Shown piece by piece: positions 40,787-51,663 of a stretch of 64,000 nt of DNA. The stretch spans positions 320,001-384,000 of the forward strand of contig CAWHCF010000022.1 of assembly GCA_963827655.1 (NCBI GenBank), in the 5' to 3' direction. Below the pieces are notes generated by a model, which was given only the letters and a program-made list of their open reading frames with translations, was not told the DNA's origin and searched no databases. This DNA is from an uncultured Acidobacteriota bacterium (GTDB lineage Bacteria; Acidobacteriota; UBA6911). A program made the position numbers and the translations under genes. The number at the start of each line of letters is the position of its first letter. Position 1 is the stretch's first letter.

Positions 40787-42091
40787 GTGAACGCGATCCT
40801 TCGTATCACGGGCGCGATAGCAGCGCTCTTTCTGGTCCCGTCACGGGCGCCGGCAGAAGATTGGCTGAGACAAATCGAGAATGAAACCGCGAAAATCGAG
40901 GCTCAAATCACCGCCCTGCGCCACCAGATCCATCAGTATCCCGAGCTTTCAAACCGGGAAGAGAAGACCGCAGGCCTCGTGGCGGATCACCTCAAGAAAC
41001 TTGGCCTGGAGGTCAAAACCGGTATTGCGCATCACGGGGTGGTGGCGCTGCTCAAAGGAGGGCGCCCGGGTCCGACCATAGCGGTGCGGGCCGATATGGA
41101 CGCGCTCCCAGTGACCGAGGACACGCCCCTCCCCTTCAAGTCCCGCGTCCGCGCCAGCTACCTGGGACAGGATGTGGGCGTAATGCATGCCTGCGGCCAC
41201 GACGTGCACACGGCCGTACAGCTCGGCGTGGCCTCGGTGCTGAACTCGATTCGAGCCAATATCCCCGGCACGATCAAGTTCATTTTTCAGCCCGCCGAGG
41301 AAGGACCGCCCCCACCCGAGGAAGGTGGCGCGCGCATGATGGTGAAACAAGGAGTGCTCGAAAATCCAAAGCCGGAAGCAATCTTCGGCCTCCACACGTT
41401 TTCCGAACTGCCGGTTGGAGTTCTCGGTTTTACCGAAGGGCCGGCGTTTGCCGCCACCGATACTTTCGAAGTCAAGATCATCGGCAAACAGGCGCACGGC
41501 GCCGCGCCCGAGTTATCGGTCGACCCGGTGGTCACGGCGGCCCAGTTTGTTCTGGCTTTGCAGACGATCAGGGCGCGCATTCTCTCTCCGCTCGAGCCGA
41601 GCGTAATCACAGTCGGAACGATTCACGGCGGACAGCGCCACAACATCATCCCGGCCGAGGTGACGCTTTCGGGAACCATCCGTTCCTACAGCGATGAAGT
41701 CCGGAACACCGTCGAAGAAAAATTTCGAAATATTTTGAAAGGCGTCACGGCGGCGGCCGGCGCGACCTTCGAGATCGTGCGTTACGAACGAGGTGTCCCC
41801 GCCGTCATCAACAATCTTTCACTCACCCGGGAATCGATCCCGGCGCTGGAGCGCGTGGTGGGAAAGGAGAATGTGAAGCGGATTCCTCCCACCATGGGAG
41901 GCGAGGATTTTTCCTATTTCGCGAATGTGATTCCCGGATTTTTCTATCGCCTGGGGATGGTAAAACCCGGGACAATGTCGGGCGGCCATCACACTCCGAC
42001 TTTTCTGGCCGATGATTCCAGCGTCGCCGTCGGCATCAAGGCGATGAGTCATCTTCTGCTGGATTATCTGGGCAGGCGCAGCAAGCAGTAA
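40787..42091 (+). CDS. M20D amidohydrolase, secreted
   Basis: RHQIHQYPELS, RADMDALP, HACGHD, QPAEE and GEDFS. Confidence 0.9.
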   Translation: MNAILRITGAIAALFLVPSRAPAEDWLRQIENETAKIEAQITALRHQIHQYPELSNREEKTAGLVADHLKKLGLEVKTGIAHHGVVALLKGGRPGPTIAVRADMDALPVTEDTPLPFKSRVRASYLGQDVGVMHACGHDVHTAVQLGVASVLNSIRANIPGTIKFIFQPAEEGPPPPEEGGARMMVKQGVLENPKPEAIFGLHTFSELPVGVLGFTEGPAFAATDTFEVKIIGKQAHGAAPELSVDPVVTAAQFVLALQTIRARILSPLEPSVITVGTIHGGQRHNIIPAEVTLSGTIRSYSDEVRNTVEEKFRNILKGVTAAAGATFEIVRYERGVPAVINNLSLTRESIPALERVVGKENVKRIPPTMGGEDFSYFANVIPGFFYRLGMVKPGTMSGGHHTPTFLADDSSVAVGIKAMSHLLLDYLGRRSKQ

Positions 42092-42260
42092 GCAGTAAGC
42101 TGCTTGCTGCCTGCTTACTGCTATTGCTTGATATCTAATACCGAAATGAATAGAATGCGTGCCGAATTCGGCACAATTGAGGGTCTTCGTAAGGGCCATG
42201 AAGTGCACAGGCAGCGTCGACTCACTGCCCACTGCTTACTGCCTACTATTTACTGCTTTT
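42082..42260. repeat. Heptamer (AAGCAGT / ACTGCTT) repeat arms
   Basis: AAGCAGTAAGCAGTAAGC includes the amidohydrolase TAA; reverse arms at about 42100-42130 and 42222-42258. Confidence 0.8.
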
Positions 42261-42275
42261 CATGGAGAGTTCAGC

Positions 42276-43101
42276 TTGGCGACCCAAGACAAGTCTGGAG
42301 GCCAATTCCTGACGGCGGCGGGCCTGGCGGTTTTCTTCTGTGGCCTCGCCTTCGTGGGAACGTATCTCGTGATCACCAAGAAATGGTGGTTCCCCGAGGG
42401 CATTTCGTCCATTGCCCCTAGCATCGATTCGCAATTCGCCATCACCATGTGGATCTCGGGTATTGTTTTCGTCCTGGCGCAGGTAGCTCTCGGCGTCCTG
42501 ATATTCCGTTTTCGCGATCGCGGAGGTCAGTCGCAGTATTCCCACGGCAACACAAAAATGGAAGTACTGTGGACGGGCTTGACCGCGATTCTCTTCGTCG
42601 GCCTCGCGGTCATGGGCCGCACGGCCTGGGCGGAGCTCCATTTCCTGGGACCGGAACCCGGCGCGATGCAGGTAGAAGTAACCGGAGCCCAGTTTGAATG
42701 GCAGTTTCGTTACCCCGGTCCGGACGGCCAGTTCGGGACCACCGATCCCAAACGGGTCAGCGAGACTGCGGCGAATCCGCTCGGACTCGATCTGAACGAA
42801 CCCGCAGCGAAAGATGACATCGTCATGCCGGTGATGGCGGTTCCGGTCAACCGGCCCGTGGAAGTGATTCTGCGTTCGAAAGACGTGATCCACAGTTTTT
42901 TTGTCCCGCAGCTTGCGAGTAAAGCAGGATACCGTCCCGGGTCTGGCCATCCGAATTCACTTCACCGCCCAGAAAGAAGGCGAATATGAGGTCGCCTGCG
43001 CCGAGCTCTGCGGCCTGGGACACTACAAGATGCGAACCTCGTTTACCGTCATGTCCGAAGAGAATTTCCAGAAGTGGCTCAAGGAAAACGCGCCGCAATA
43101 G
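42276..43101 (+). CDS. coxB: Cytochrome c oxidase subunit II; frameshift near 42915
   Basis: QFEWQFRY and SKDVIHSF, then CAELCGLGHYKM CuA motif in ORF 42901-43101. Confidence 0.88.
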
Positions 43102-43139
43102 TTTCGCCCAGCCTCATACTTCATCATGGAAGGTAGATT

Positions 43140-44891
43140 ATGAGCCAATCAGGCAGCATGGCAGTTCATCATGAAGCGCCCAAGAGCTTCATCCGCCGTT
43201 ACGTTTTCAGTTTGGATCACAAGGTTATCGGAATCCAGTACTGGTGGCTGGCGCTTTTTTCAGTCTTTGTCGGCATAGTCCTGTCGGTGTTAATGAGGAT
43301 TCAGCTGGCCTGGCCCGGGCGCCCGCTCCCCTTCTTCAAGGATGGGTTCATGACTCCGGAGCAGTATCTGGCGCTGGTCACCATGCACGGGACCATCATG
43401 GTCTTTTTCGTTCTGACCACCGCGCCGCAAAGCGGATTCGGCAACTTCGCCCTTCCCATTCAGATCGGCGCCGCCGACATGGCGTTCCCGGTGCTCAACA
43501 TGCTTTCCTTCTGGACCACCTTTCTGTCGCTGGCCGTGATGCTGGCGGCCTTCTTCGTGGAAGCCGGCGCGCCCATCGGCGGCTGGACGGCCTATGCTCC
43601 GCTGAGCGCACTGGGAGAAGCCGCAGGCCCGGGACAGGGTATGGGCATGAACCTCTGGGTGATCAGCCTCTTCATTTTCTGCGCCGCCTCGTTAATGGGA
43701 GCGCTGAATTTCATCGTCACGACGCTTGACTTGAGGACCAAGGGGATGTCGTTGATGAGGATGCCCCTGACTGTCTGGGCCTGGTTCACGACGGCCATCC
43801 TCGGCTTGCTCGCCTTCGCGGTCCTGATGGGCGCCTGCGTGCTCCTGCTCCTGGACCGGGTCGCCGGAACCAGTTTCTTCATCCCCGGAGGCCTGGTAGT
43901 CGGGCAGAAGCCCCTTGCCAATCAAGGCGGCTCACCCCTGCTCTGGCAACACCTCTTCTGGTTCTTCGGACACCCTGAGGTCTACATCGCAATTCTTCCC
44001 GGAATGGGTGTGGTCTCACAGATACTCTCGACTTTTTGCCGCAAACCCATCTTCGGCTACAAGGCGATGGTTTACGCTATCCTCGGGATCGCCGTCCTGA
44101 GCTGTACGGTCTGGGGTCATCACATGTTCATCAGTGGCATGAACCCCTACACGTCGTTTGCATTCTCCCTCCTGACCGTCGCGATCGGTGTTCCTTCGGC
44201 CATAAAAACCTTCAACTGGCTGGGAACGATATGGGGCGGGAGAGTCCAGTTGACCACCGCGAATCTCTTCGCGCTCGGCTTCGTGTCGTTGTTCGTCTCC
44301 GGTGGTATCACGGGTATTTTCCTGGCCCAGCCTTCGGTGGACCTCCCCTTGCATGACACCGTCTTCGTCGTGGCGCATTTCCACCTGGTGATGGGCGTCG
44401 CGGCAATTTTCGGCATGTTTGCCGGAACCTTCTACTGGTTTCCCAAGATGTTCGGGCGAATGATGAACGAATCGCTGGGGAGAATACATTTCTGGATAAC
44501 CCTGGTGGGCGTCTACTGCATCTTCTTCCCCATGCACTTCATGGGATTCTCCGGACAGCTGCGGCGCTATTTCGATTTCACGGGTTACAAATTCCTGGCC
44601 GAGATGCCTCCACTCAACACTTTTATCAGCATCGTCGCCATCATCACGGCGTTAGGTCAATTGATCTTTCTCTTCAACCTGTTCTGGAGCCTGGCCAAGG
44701 GACGGCGGGCCGAAATGAACCCCTGGCGCTGTACCACGCTTGAGTGGACCGTGCCGTCGCCCCCGCCTCATGAGAATTTCGAGGGCCCGCCGCCGGTCGT
44801 ATATCGTGGCGCGTACGAATATAGTGTGCCGGGAGCCAAGGAGGACTTTGTTCTTCAAACCGAAGCCGCTGCTCCCGTGGGGAGGCACTGA
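43140..44891 (+). CDS. coxA: Cytochrome c oxidase subunit I (A1 type)
   Basis: DHKVIG, HGTIM, FGHPEVY, WGHH and AHFH. Confidence 0.95.
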   Translation: MSQSGSMAVHHEAPKSFIRRYVFSLDHKVIGIQYWWLALFSVFVGIVLSVLMRIQLAWPGRPLPFFKDGFMTPEQYLALVTMHGTIMVFFVLTTAPQSGFGNFALPIQIGAADMAFPVLNMLSFWTTFLSLAVMLAAFFVEAGAPIGGWTAYAPLSALGEAAGPGQGMGMNLWVISLFIFCAASLMGALNFIVTTLDLRTKGMSLMRMPLTVWAWFTTAILGLLAFAVLMGACVLLLLDRVAGTSFFIPGGLVVGQKPLANQGGSPLLWQHLFWFFGHPEVYIAILPGMGVVSQILSTFCRKPIFGYKAMVYAILGIAVLSCTVWGHHMFISGMNPYTSFAFSLLTVAIGVPSAIKTFNWLGTIWGGRVQLTTANLFALGFVSLFVSGGITGIFLAQPSVDLPLHDTVFVVAHFHLVMGVAAIFGMFAGTFYWFPKMFGRMMNESLGRIHFWITLVGVYCIFFPMHFMGFSGQLRRYFDFTGYKFLAEMPPLNTFISIVAIITALGQLIFLFNLFWSLAKGRRAEMNPWRCTTLEWTVPSPPPHENFEGPPPVVYRGAYEYSVPGAKEDFVLQTEAAAPVGRH

Positions 44892-44918
44892 CTCCTGCAT
44901 TCTCCAGGCGGTTAATGT

Positions 44919-45578
44919 ATGAATCCGACTTTAGTTGACACCGAACTCGAGACTCCGCCGGAGCTGGACCGCGGCGGCGGTGGCTTCAAGGACCCGGGCT
45001 CCGATGGCGGCGGAGATGGCGGCCGCGATCCGGTGGCGCGCTTTGATACTTACCAGACGGTAGTCTGGGTGTTGATGATCCCCATCGTCATGCTCTTTGC
45101 GGGTCTGACCAGCTCCCTGGTAATTCGCAAAGGGATATCCGACGATTGGATCTCGATCGAGATCCCAAAGATCTTGTGGCTGAACACACTGGTGCTCCTG
45201 TCGAGCAGCGCCGCCCTGGAAGTAGCGCGCCGCGCGCTGAAACGAGGGAACCACGACGGCTTTCGCGTCTGGCTCTGGATCACCGCGGCGCTGGGGACGC
45301 TCTTCCTGCTCGGCCAGATCGCAGCCTGGCGGGAACTGGCCGCGCAAGGGGCGTTTCTGTCCAGCAACCCGAGCAGCGCTTTCTTTTACGTTTTGACCGC
45401 GTCGCACGGAGCCCACCTGATTGGCGGAATGGTCGCGCTGATCTACCTGACCATTCGAGTATTCCAGAACCAGTTCGGGGCAAGGCGGCGATCGGCGCTC
45501 AAGGCGACGGCGGTCTACTGGCACTTCATGGATGGTCTCTGGATCTACTTAATAGCCCTGCTGATTTTCTGGAGGTAG
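44919..45578 (+). CDS. Heme-copper oxidase subunit III-like protein
   Basis: NTLVLLSSS, HGAHL and YWHFMD. Confidence 0.88.
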   Translation: MNPTLVDTELETPPELDRGGGGFKDPGSDGGGDGGRDPVARFDTYQTVVWVLMIPIVMLFAGLTSSLVIRKGISDDWISIEIPKILWLNTLVLLSSSAALEVARRALKRGNHDGFRVWLWITAALGTLFLLGQIAAWRELAAQGAFLSSNPSSAFFYVLTASHGAHLIGGMVALIYLTIRVFQNQFGARRRSALKATAVYWHFMDGLWIYLIALLIFWR

Positions 45579-45582
45579 TCTC

Positions 45583-46215
45583 GTGGCACATGGCGAATCA
45601 CACGCGATAGCGGTGGAGCCCACCTGGGAAGGAGGGGCCGCACCTTACGGAATAGGCTCCAAGAAGTTGGGCATGTGGTTGTTCATCGCAGCGGATACTC
45701 TCACGTTTTCGGCCTGCTTGATCGCCTACAGTTATGTGCGTCTGGCGAGTCCCGAGTGGCCCCGGCCTTTCGAGTGGGGCAGCATCGTCAATGCCATCGT
45801 CATGACGGCCTGCCTGCTCTCGAGCAGCTTGACCATGGTGATAGCGGTTGCCGCCGCCGCGCGCGGGGAGCGGAAGAAAACGGTGCGGTTCATCCTGTTT
45901 ACCATCGCCGGCGGAGTCGCCTTCATCGTTCTGCATGCCCAGGAATGGATGGCCCTGATCGACCACGAGCACGTGACCCCGTTTTCAAACCCCTGGGGCG
46001 TCCCTCTCTTCGGAGCCACGTTCTTTGCTCTGACCGGCCTCCATATGACGCACGTGACGATTGGAGTGATTTATCTGGCAATCATTGCGACCGGGGTCGG
46101 GCGCGGAAAGTTTACGCCGGAAGACGTGGAAGTCTCGGGTCTGTACTGGCACTTCGTCGATCTGGTCTGGATGTTCATTTTCCCGATGGTCTATCTTCTC
46201 TCGAACAAGTTTTAA
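45583..46215 (+). CDS. coxC: Cytochrome c oxidase subunit III
   Basis: KLGMWLF, TGLHMTHV and GLYWHFVDLVW. Confidence 0.9.
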   Translation: MAHGESHAIAVEPTWEGGAAPYGIGSKKLGMWLFIAADTLTFSACLIAYSYVRLASPEWPRPFEWGSIVNAIVMTACLLSSSLTMVIAVAAAARGERKKTVRFILFTIAGGVAFIVLHAQEWMALIDHEHVTPFSNPWGVPLFGATFFALTGLHMTHVTIGVIYLAIIATGVGRGKFTPEDVEVSGLYWHFVDLVWMFIFPMVYLLSNKF

Positions 46216-46232
46216 GAGGCGGAGGCGTCGTA

Positions 46233-46541
46233 ATGTCTGCTCAAGATGCTCATGCGGTCGGCAGCACAAAGCTCTTCATCTGGGTCTGGTTCTGGCTGGT
46301 GTTGCTGACAATTATCGAGGTCGTGCTGGCCTACCGGCGACTGGGTCTGGCGATGATGATCGTGATCCTGCTGGGGCTTTCGTTAATGAAATCGGCTTTG
46401 ATCATGGGTTACTTCATGCATCTCAAGTTCGAGAGAATGAGCCTGATCCTCACACTCATTCCTGCCCTCGTGATCCTGATCTGTCTGATGTTCATCAGCT
46501 TTCCGGACAGCGTCCGGATCCAACAATTGACTCCCAGGTGA
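46233..46541 (+). CDS. Cytochrome c oxidase subunit IV
   Basis: VWFWLVLLTIIEV...KSALIMGYFMHLKFE; ATG 46233 with GGAGG RBS. Confidence 0.85.
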   Translation: MSAQDAHAVGSTKLFIWVWFWLVLLTIIEVVLAYRRLGLAMMIVILLGLSLMKSALIMGYFMHLKFERMSLILTLIPALVILICLMFISFPDSVRIQQLTPR

Positions 46542-46670
46542 AATCGATGAATCGCGGATTGCAGATCGGGGATGGCGGACTGGGACGCGTGACACCGGAC
46601 TGTTTCCCTCAGGCGCGATCCAAGGATCGGGCTCGGGCGAACCGGCAAGCTCGCGCTGCCTCTGATTGCG

Positions 46671-46853
46671 GTGCTGCTCGCCGGGTTCACGTCGCAAGCC
46701 TACGCGCAGGGCTGCGCCATGTGCCTGGCCAGCGCAATGTCGCAAGGGGTGCGAGCGATCGAAGCGATGAATCTCGGAATCCTTATTCTTCTGGTCCCGC
46801 CGTTTCTCATGATCCTCGCCATCTTTACCTTTCTTTTTCTCCGCAGGTCATGA
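46671..46853 (+). CDS. Small membrane protein with CAMC motif, associated with the oxidase operon; start uncertain
   Basis: AQGCAMC followed by one transmembrane helix. Confidence 0.6.
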   Translation: MLLAGFTSQAYAQGCAMCLASAMSQGVRAIEAMNLGILILLVPPFLMILAIFTFLFLRRS

Positions 46854-47000
46854 CGATTGCGGATTGCGGATTGTAGTGATGCCATCGACAGACCTTAAGA
46901 ATCCGAATCAAACTAATCCGAAATCTTACTTCTGTCGCTGAATTCGCCGTCCTCTAATCTTCTGTTTGCAGTTCAATCCGCAATCTGCAATCCGCAATTC
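46854..47000. repeat. Heptamer (GATTGCG / CGCAATC) inverted arms
   Basis: CGATTGCGGATTGCGGATTG ... CAATCCGCAATCTGCAATCCGCAAT between convergent genes. Confidence 0.85.
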
Positions 47001-47007
47001 CGAGGGG

Positions 47008-48074
47008 TTAACGCTTCAGGCGCTTCAGGTCTTTCTTGACTTCCTCGCTGTCGGGTTTCAGTTTCAGCGCGGCTTCCAACTCTGATACCGCTTCACGAGT
47101 ACGGCTCATCTTTTCGAGCACGAGGCCGAGGCGCCAGCGTCCAGCCCAGATGGGAGGCGCGGTCGGTTCGGGCTCCTGCGTAAGGTACTTTCGAAAAGCG
47201 GCCTCGGCCCGCGTCAATTCCTTTCCGTTGCGCAGCAGAATATTGCCGGCCACGTAGTTAGGAGCAAGATTGTCCGGCACGTTCTTCTCGGCCTGGGCCA
47301 GTATCGCCTCGACTTCGGGCCAGCGCTCCTGGAGGGCGCCGCCGGCGGCCAGAAGAGTATAGGCGCCGACGCGTCCGGAATCGATGGCGAGCGCGGCGCG
47401 CGCATGCTTCTCCACCAGGTCAAACCTCACCGGGTTGCGTTCGATGTAAAGGCCGGCAAGTGATGTATGCGCCTCGTAACTGCGCGGATCAGCCTGGGCG
47501 GCTTTGCGGTAAAGTTCCTCCAGCGTGCTCTTATCACGTTCCAACTCCGCCAGCTGTGCCGCAGCGAGATAGCCGCGCGCCGCATCGATTCGACCAACGC
47601 GCTCGGGAATCTCACGGGCCTTGTTCTTGTCCCCGCCTACGATTCCCGGCGCTTCCCATAGATACTCCATATAGCCGACCAGCAGCCGCACGTGGTAAGG
47701 ATCAAGCTGGAGCGCCAGGTCCAGTTCCTTCTTGCAACGGCGCGCCAGGAGCGTCTGCCGGAAAACAGAGGCGCGCTGGGCCATACGTCCGTAAACCTGC
47801 GCCAGAACGGCGCGATAGGAAGCATTGCGGCCGTCCAGGGCCACTGCTTTTTCGGCCAGCGGCAACGCTCCGTCGAGATCGCCGTACTCCAGCTTGATTC
47901 GCGCCATCCACCAGAGCCCCGCGGCGTCGCTCGGATTTGCCGCCAAACGCGATTCCACCAGAGCACGGGCGCGCTTCCAGTGTCCGGCTTCGATCAGCGA
48001 TTCGACCGGCGGTGTTTGGGCCTTCGCCATCGCAACCGCAAGAACAAGGCCAGCACACCCGCTTTGAGGTTCAT
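47008..48074 (-). CDS. Secreted tetratricopeptide-repeat protein; probable indel in the signal peptide
   Basis: TPR-like helices; ATG 48074 (MNLKAGVLA) is one base out of frame with ORF 47008-48030. Confidence 0.75.
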
Positions 48075-48092
48075 CCGGTTCTCGAGCCCACG

Positions 48093-48207
48093 AAAAAGTG
48101 AAAAGTGCTGAGTAAAAAGTAGAAAGTTAGAACGGGCTTGGCCGTCGCTCGCCACTTTTGACTTTCAACTCAGCACTTTCCACTTTTTTTTACTCAGCAC
48201 TTTTCAC
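48093..48207. repeat. Heptamer (AAAAGTG / CACTTTT) inverted arms
   Basis: AAAAAGTGAAAAGTGCTGAGTAAAAAGT ... ACTCAGCACTTTTCAC; the right arm overlaps the M23 stop. Confidence 0.85.
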
Positions 48208-49617
48208 TTGGTACTTGCTCTTGGGGAGGTCTCACTCTTGTAGGGGAATGCAGGCCCAAGCTTGCGCGCAATTCGATCCTGGATCCAGTGGCTATCCCAC
48301 CACTCGACCGGATTGACCGGCAACCCTTGAAGCAGCGTCGTGAAATGAAGATGGTCGCCTCCGGCGAGACCGGTCTCGCCCGTCTGCCCCAGAACATCGC
48401 TTCGACTGACTTGCTGGCCCGGAGCGACCGCAATCGAGCTCAAATGCCCGTACAGACTCATCAAGCCGTATCCGTGGTCGATTACGACGGCGTTCCCATA
48501 AATTCCAAAATACTTGGCCAGGACCACCATGCCGTCGTTGGCGGCAGGCACTTGCGTGCGCCGCGTGACCGCAAGATCGAAACCAAGGTGATCCTGCCGA
48601 TCGATTTCTTTTCCTCCGTGGAAGTACGTGCGCCGATCGGCGAACGACGACATTACCTGGGCGTTTCCCAGAGGCAAGAAAGGTTTGCTCCATAGAAACT
48701 GCGGGCGCGATTTCTTCGCCAGCTCATTCAGTTCCTCGGCATTCTTTTGCCGCAGCTCCCGGTTAATCGCCAGATAGTTATTGAGCAGGCTCCCCCGGTC
48801 GGCCAGTTCCGTCGTGTGAGACAGGATCTCAGGAACCACCTTGGCCATAAACTCGTCGGTCACCTGAATCGTGTCGGTCTTAACCGGCTTGGGAAAAAAC
48901 TTCTCGATGAATGCGACCTCTGCCTCATTCCCGGCGCCATCATCGGCCACCAGCCGGACCTTGGAATCGTTCGAATCGTAGGGAACTGCAAAGAGCGCGA
49001 ATCGATCCTGCTTCCCTCCTCCGGGCAGCGGAAAGCCCGGAAACCAGCGCCCGCCTGAGCGAACTCCGTCGCGCACGCACGACTCTCCCACTCGATAGGC
49101 GACCGCTTCGCATCCTCCCTGGGCGGCATAGGTCTGGATCGAAGTGACCTGAAGAGATGGAGGAGTGAGCCGTACCGGCAAGCTCACTTCCTGGATCACG
49201 GGAGCGGGACTCCGCCACCAGGAGCCCGCGCGCCCGGCTGTTACTCGAACGCTCGCCTGGCCGGCCTTCAAGTTGGCGATCGTATCCCTGCCAACCTCCA
49301 CCGTGATCTCATCCCGCTGTGTGCGCGGCCCCCAGAAGATCAGCGGGGGGAGCGGCGTGTAGTTCTTCTCCGCCAGGCCCTCAACTCGCTGGTCCTGGAC
49401 GAAATCCACCGTTGACGCGACTCAGACCCCGCTGAGGCTCCACGATTTCAATTTTTACCGGAGTTCGCTTGCCGATAGCCGGAAAGCCCGGCGTGATCTT
49501 GATTTCAGGCGCAGGCCCCGCTCGAAACGCTCCTACTCCCGCGATGACCACGAGCGCCAGGGTCAACACCAGCAAGATGGTTCTGGGAATTCGACGCTTC
49601 TCACGGGTCATGAACAT
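48204..49617 (-). CDS. M23-family peptidase; frameshift near 49410
   Basis: HLGFD, YGHL and HLH; N-terminal anchor in ORF 49381-49617. Confidence 0.85.
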
Positions 49618-49619
49618 GG

Positions 49620-50906
49620 TCAGGACCGATAGGCTTCCCTGCCGATTCCCTGAATGGGAATCCCTTGCGCTGCCAGGACCTCGTGCTGAAGCGCATACAT
49701 GCAGCCTGCGGCGCGATCAATCGCCCGTGTGAAGGCGATGGAGCCTTTAAGTACCGGGAGCAGGCGAGCCTTGTCCTGGATCCGGGCCGGTGGATATTCA
49801 TGCTCCACGACCAGGTGCGTCTCTTCAATCTTAAGATCGAGTAACTCACGAGCCGCCAGCTGATGATCAAGCCAGTCGACGGACCGATTCTGCAAGTAGG
49901 CGAGCGGATCATGACGCGCGGTTCCAGGCAGTTCGTGCTCGCACAACACGACCTGCTTCAACCATGCATTCGCTTGATCCGCCGGGTTTGACGCGGGCTT
50001 GCCGTCTTTGCGATCTCCCCGAAGAACCGTCTGGCCTCCGTAGCCCCAGGCGGAAACACCTTTGGCGTTGACCACCTGTCCTTTGACGTGAAACCCTCCA
50101 ATCAGGAACGGGTAGCCGCTGTCCTTGAGATACTGGAACAGAGAGCGTGTGTCCTGGCCCATCAGGATGGCATGCGAAGGATCGTAGTGGATTCGCAAGT
50201 TGTCTCCGACTCCTGCCTTTTCAGCGATTCGATGCAGCGCAATCCACATGCCGGGCGTGTACCCAATGTTGTTATGGTAGTTGTCCCCGGTGGTCCATCC
50301 AGGCATAGGGCACTGCTCGACCCGGTAAGTCAGTCCTCGATCCTTTGCCGCCTTCAGGAGAGGGACGAAGCTGCCGCGAAAATCGTCGAGGTTCTGGTCC
50401 ATGTCCAGGGCTTGATTGCGGCCTACGAAGCCGCAGACGGCATTCACTCCCAGCATGACCGCGGCATCCATCGTTCGCAGCATGAATTCATGCTTCTTCT
50501 TTCGGATGGTCGGATCCTCATGCAGCATGTTGTCGAAATAGGCGACATCGGACAGGCCGATGCTGTAACGCTTCATGGCCGCGAGGACCCGGTTGGCCCG
50601 AGCCGAATTGAAGGGCTGCCGCAGATCCAGGGTATTGGCCACAGGATCGAGCATGGCCTCGGCCGGCACGTCGGACTCGGTGGGGTGGAGCGCCGCCGAG
50701 AGCTCAATGTAGTCAGCCCCAAGGTCACGCGCATACTCCAACCATTCTTCCACCGCGCGATCAGGGTCCGGATCACGAATCTCCCGGGGCGTGAGTTCCT
50801 GAAGAGCCGCCGTCAGCACGCCGATCTTCATAAACTTCGGTTCGAACTGCTTGAGTCCCGCTGGGCTCGAAACTCGTTCCTCCACTGCTTCGATATTGCT
50901 CGGCAT
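49620..50906 (-). CDS. Sugar phosphate isomerase/epimerase (xylose-isomerase-like TIM barrel)
   Basis: VEQCP, YDPSH, FHVK and VEHE metal ligands. Confidence 0.8.
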   Translation of the reverse strand: MPSNIEAVEERVSSPAGLKQFEPKFMKIGVLTAALQELTPREIRDPDPDRAVEEWLEYARDLGADYIELSAALHPTESDVPAEAMLDPVANTLDLRQPFNSARANRVLAAMKRYSIGLSDVAYFDNMLHEDPTIRKKKHEFMLRTMDAAVMLGVNAVCGFVGRNQALDMDQNLDDFRGSFVPLLKAAKDRGLTYRVEQCPMPGWTTGDNYHNNIGYTPGMWIALHRIAEKAGVGDNLRIHYDPSHAILMGQDTRSLFQYLKDSGYPFLIGGFHVKGQVVNAKGVSAWGYGGQTVLRGDRKDGKPASNPADQANAWLKQVVLCEHELPGTARHDPLAYLQNRSVDWLDHQLAARELLDLKIEETHLVVEHEYPPARIQDKARLLPVLKGSIAFTRAIDRAAGCMYALQHEVLAAQGIPIQGIGREAYRS

Positions 50907-51002
50907 CGTTACGACCTCCCGGTAATCTCATGTCGACATGATGGCTTAACCAAGTCCGCGCGAAAAAGTGCATGGTAGCATACTGCGGCTCGCGACCGTT
51001 AA

Positions 51003-51235
51003 GGGCTCGCGCAAAAATAACTTCACATTCTGGCGCGAGGGTCGGTGGTCAATCATGAACCGGTTTCTGTTTGCTAGGCATGCTGAGGATCGCGCCCCTT
51101 CGGGCTGCGGCCCGCAGGCCCGCTGGCTTTGTTGCTCGCTCCTCACGTACCGCACCGGGTACGCATCGTCGCTCGCGCCTCGCCAGCGGGCCTGGGGGCC
51201 TGCAGCAGAATGCGAACTTATTTCTGCGCGAACCC
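51003..51235. mobile_element. MITE-like non-autonomous element with about 30-bp terminal inverted repeats and TAA target duplication
   Basis: GGGCTCGCGCAAAAATAACTTCACATTCTG ... CAGAATGCGAACTTATTTCTGCGCGAACCC; TAA at 51000-51002 and 51236-51238; long internal palindrome about 51095-51206. Confidence 0.75.
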
Positions 51236-51354
51236 TAAGATCCTTCGCATTTCTCAACCTCTTCGTGCTTCCCGGTCGGCGCTGCGGCGAACATACACCG
51301 CCAAGATACAAACAAACGCCATGAAGGCGGCGCCCGAAACGTTCTTGAACTCTG

Positions 51355-51382
51355 TTGACCATGGTCATATATTTATAACCAT
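51355..51382 (+). promoter_or_regulatory. Putative TA-operon operator
   Basis: GACCATGGTC palindrome and ATGGTCATA-N4-TATAACCAT inverted repeat abutting the antitoxin ATG. Confidence 0.55.
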
Positions 51383-51659
51383 GAAAAGCCCCAGGCGGAA
51401 ACGGAACCGCCTTAGACGGCCAACAAAAACCGTGCACATTCCGGCGGGTGAGTTCAAAGCGCGTTGCCTGGCCCTGATGGACCGCGTCCGGGACGGCCGC
51501 GAACAGTACATCATCACCAAACATGGGAAGGCGGTGGCCAGGTTAGTTCCCATAGAGGACGAGCCGGCAGACATCTTCGGCTACATGAGGGACACCGTGA
51601 TCAACTACACCGACGTGATCACGCCTCTGGACGAAGTTTGGGAGGCCGAGAAGGGTTAG
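51381..51659 (+). CDS. Phd/YefM-family antitoxin
   Basis: AGEFKARCLALMDRV...IITKHGKAVARLVP. Confidence 0.88.
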   Translation: MKSPRRKRNRLRRPTKTVHIPAGEFKARCLALMDRVRDGREQYIITKHGKAVARLVPIEDEPADIFGYMRDTVINYTDVITPLDEVWEAEKG

Positions 51660-51663
51660 CGCC

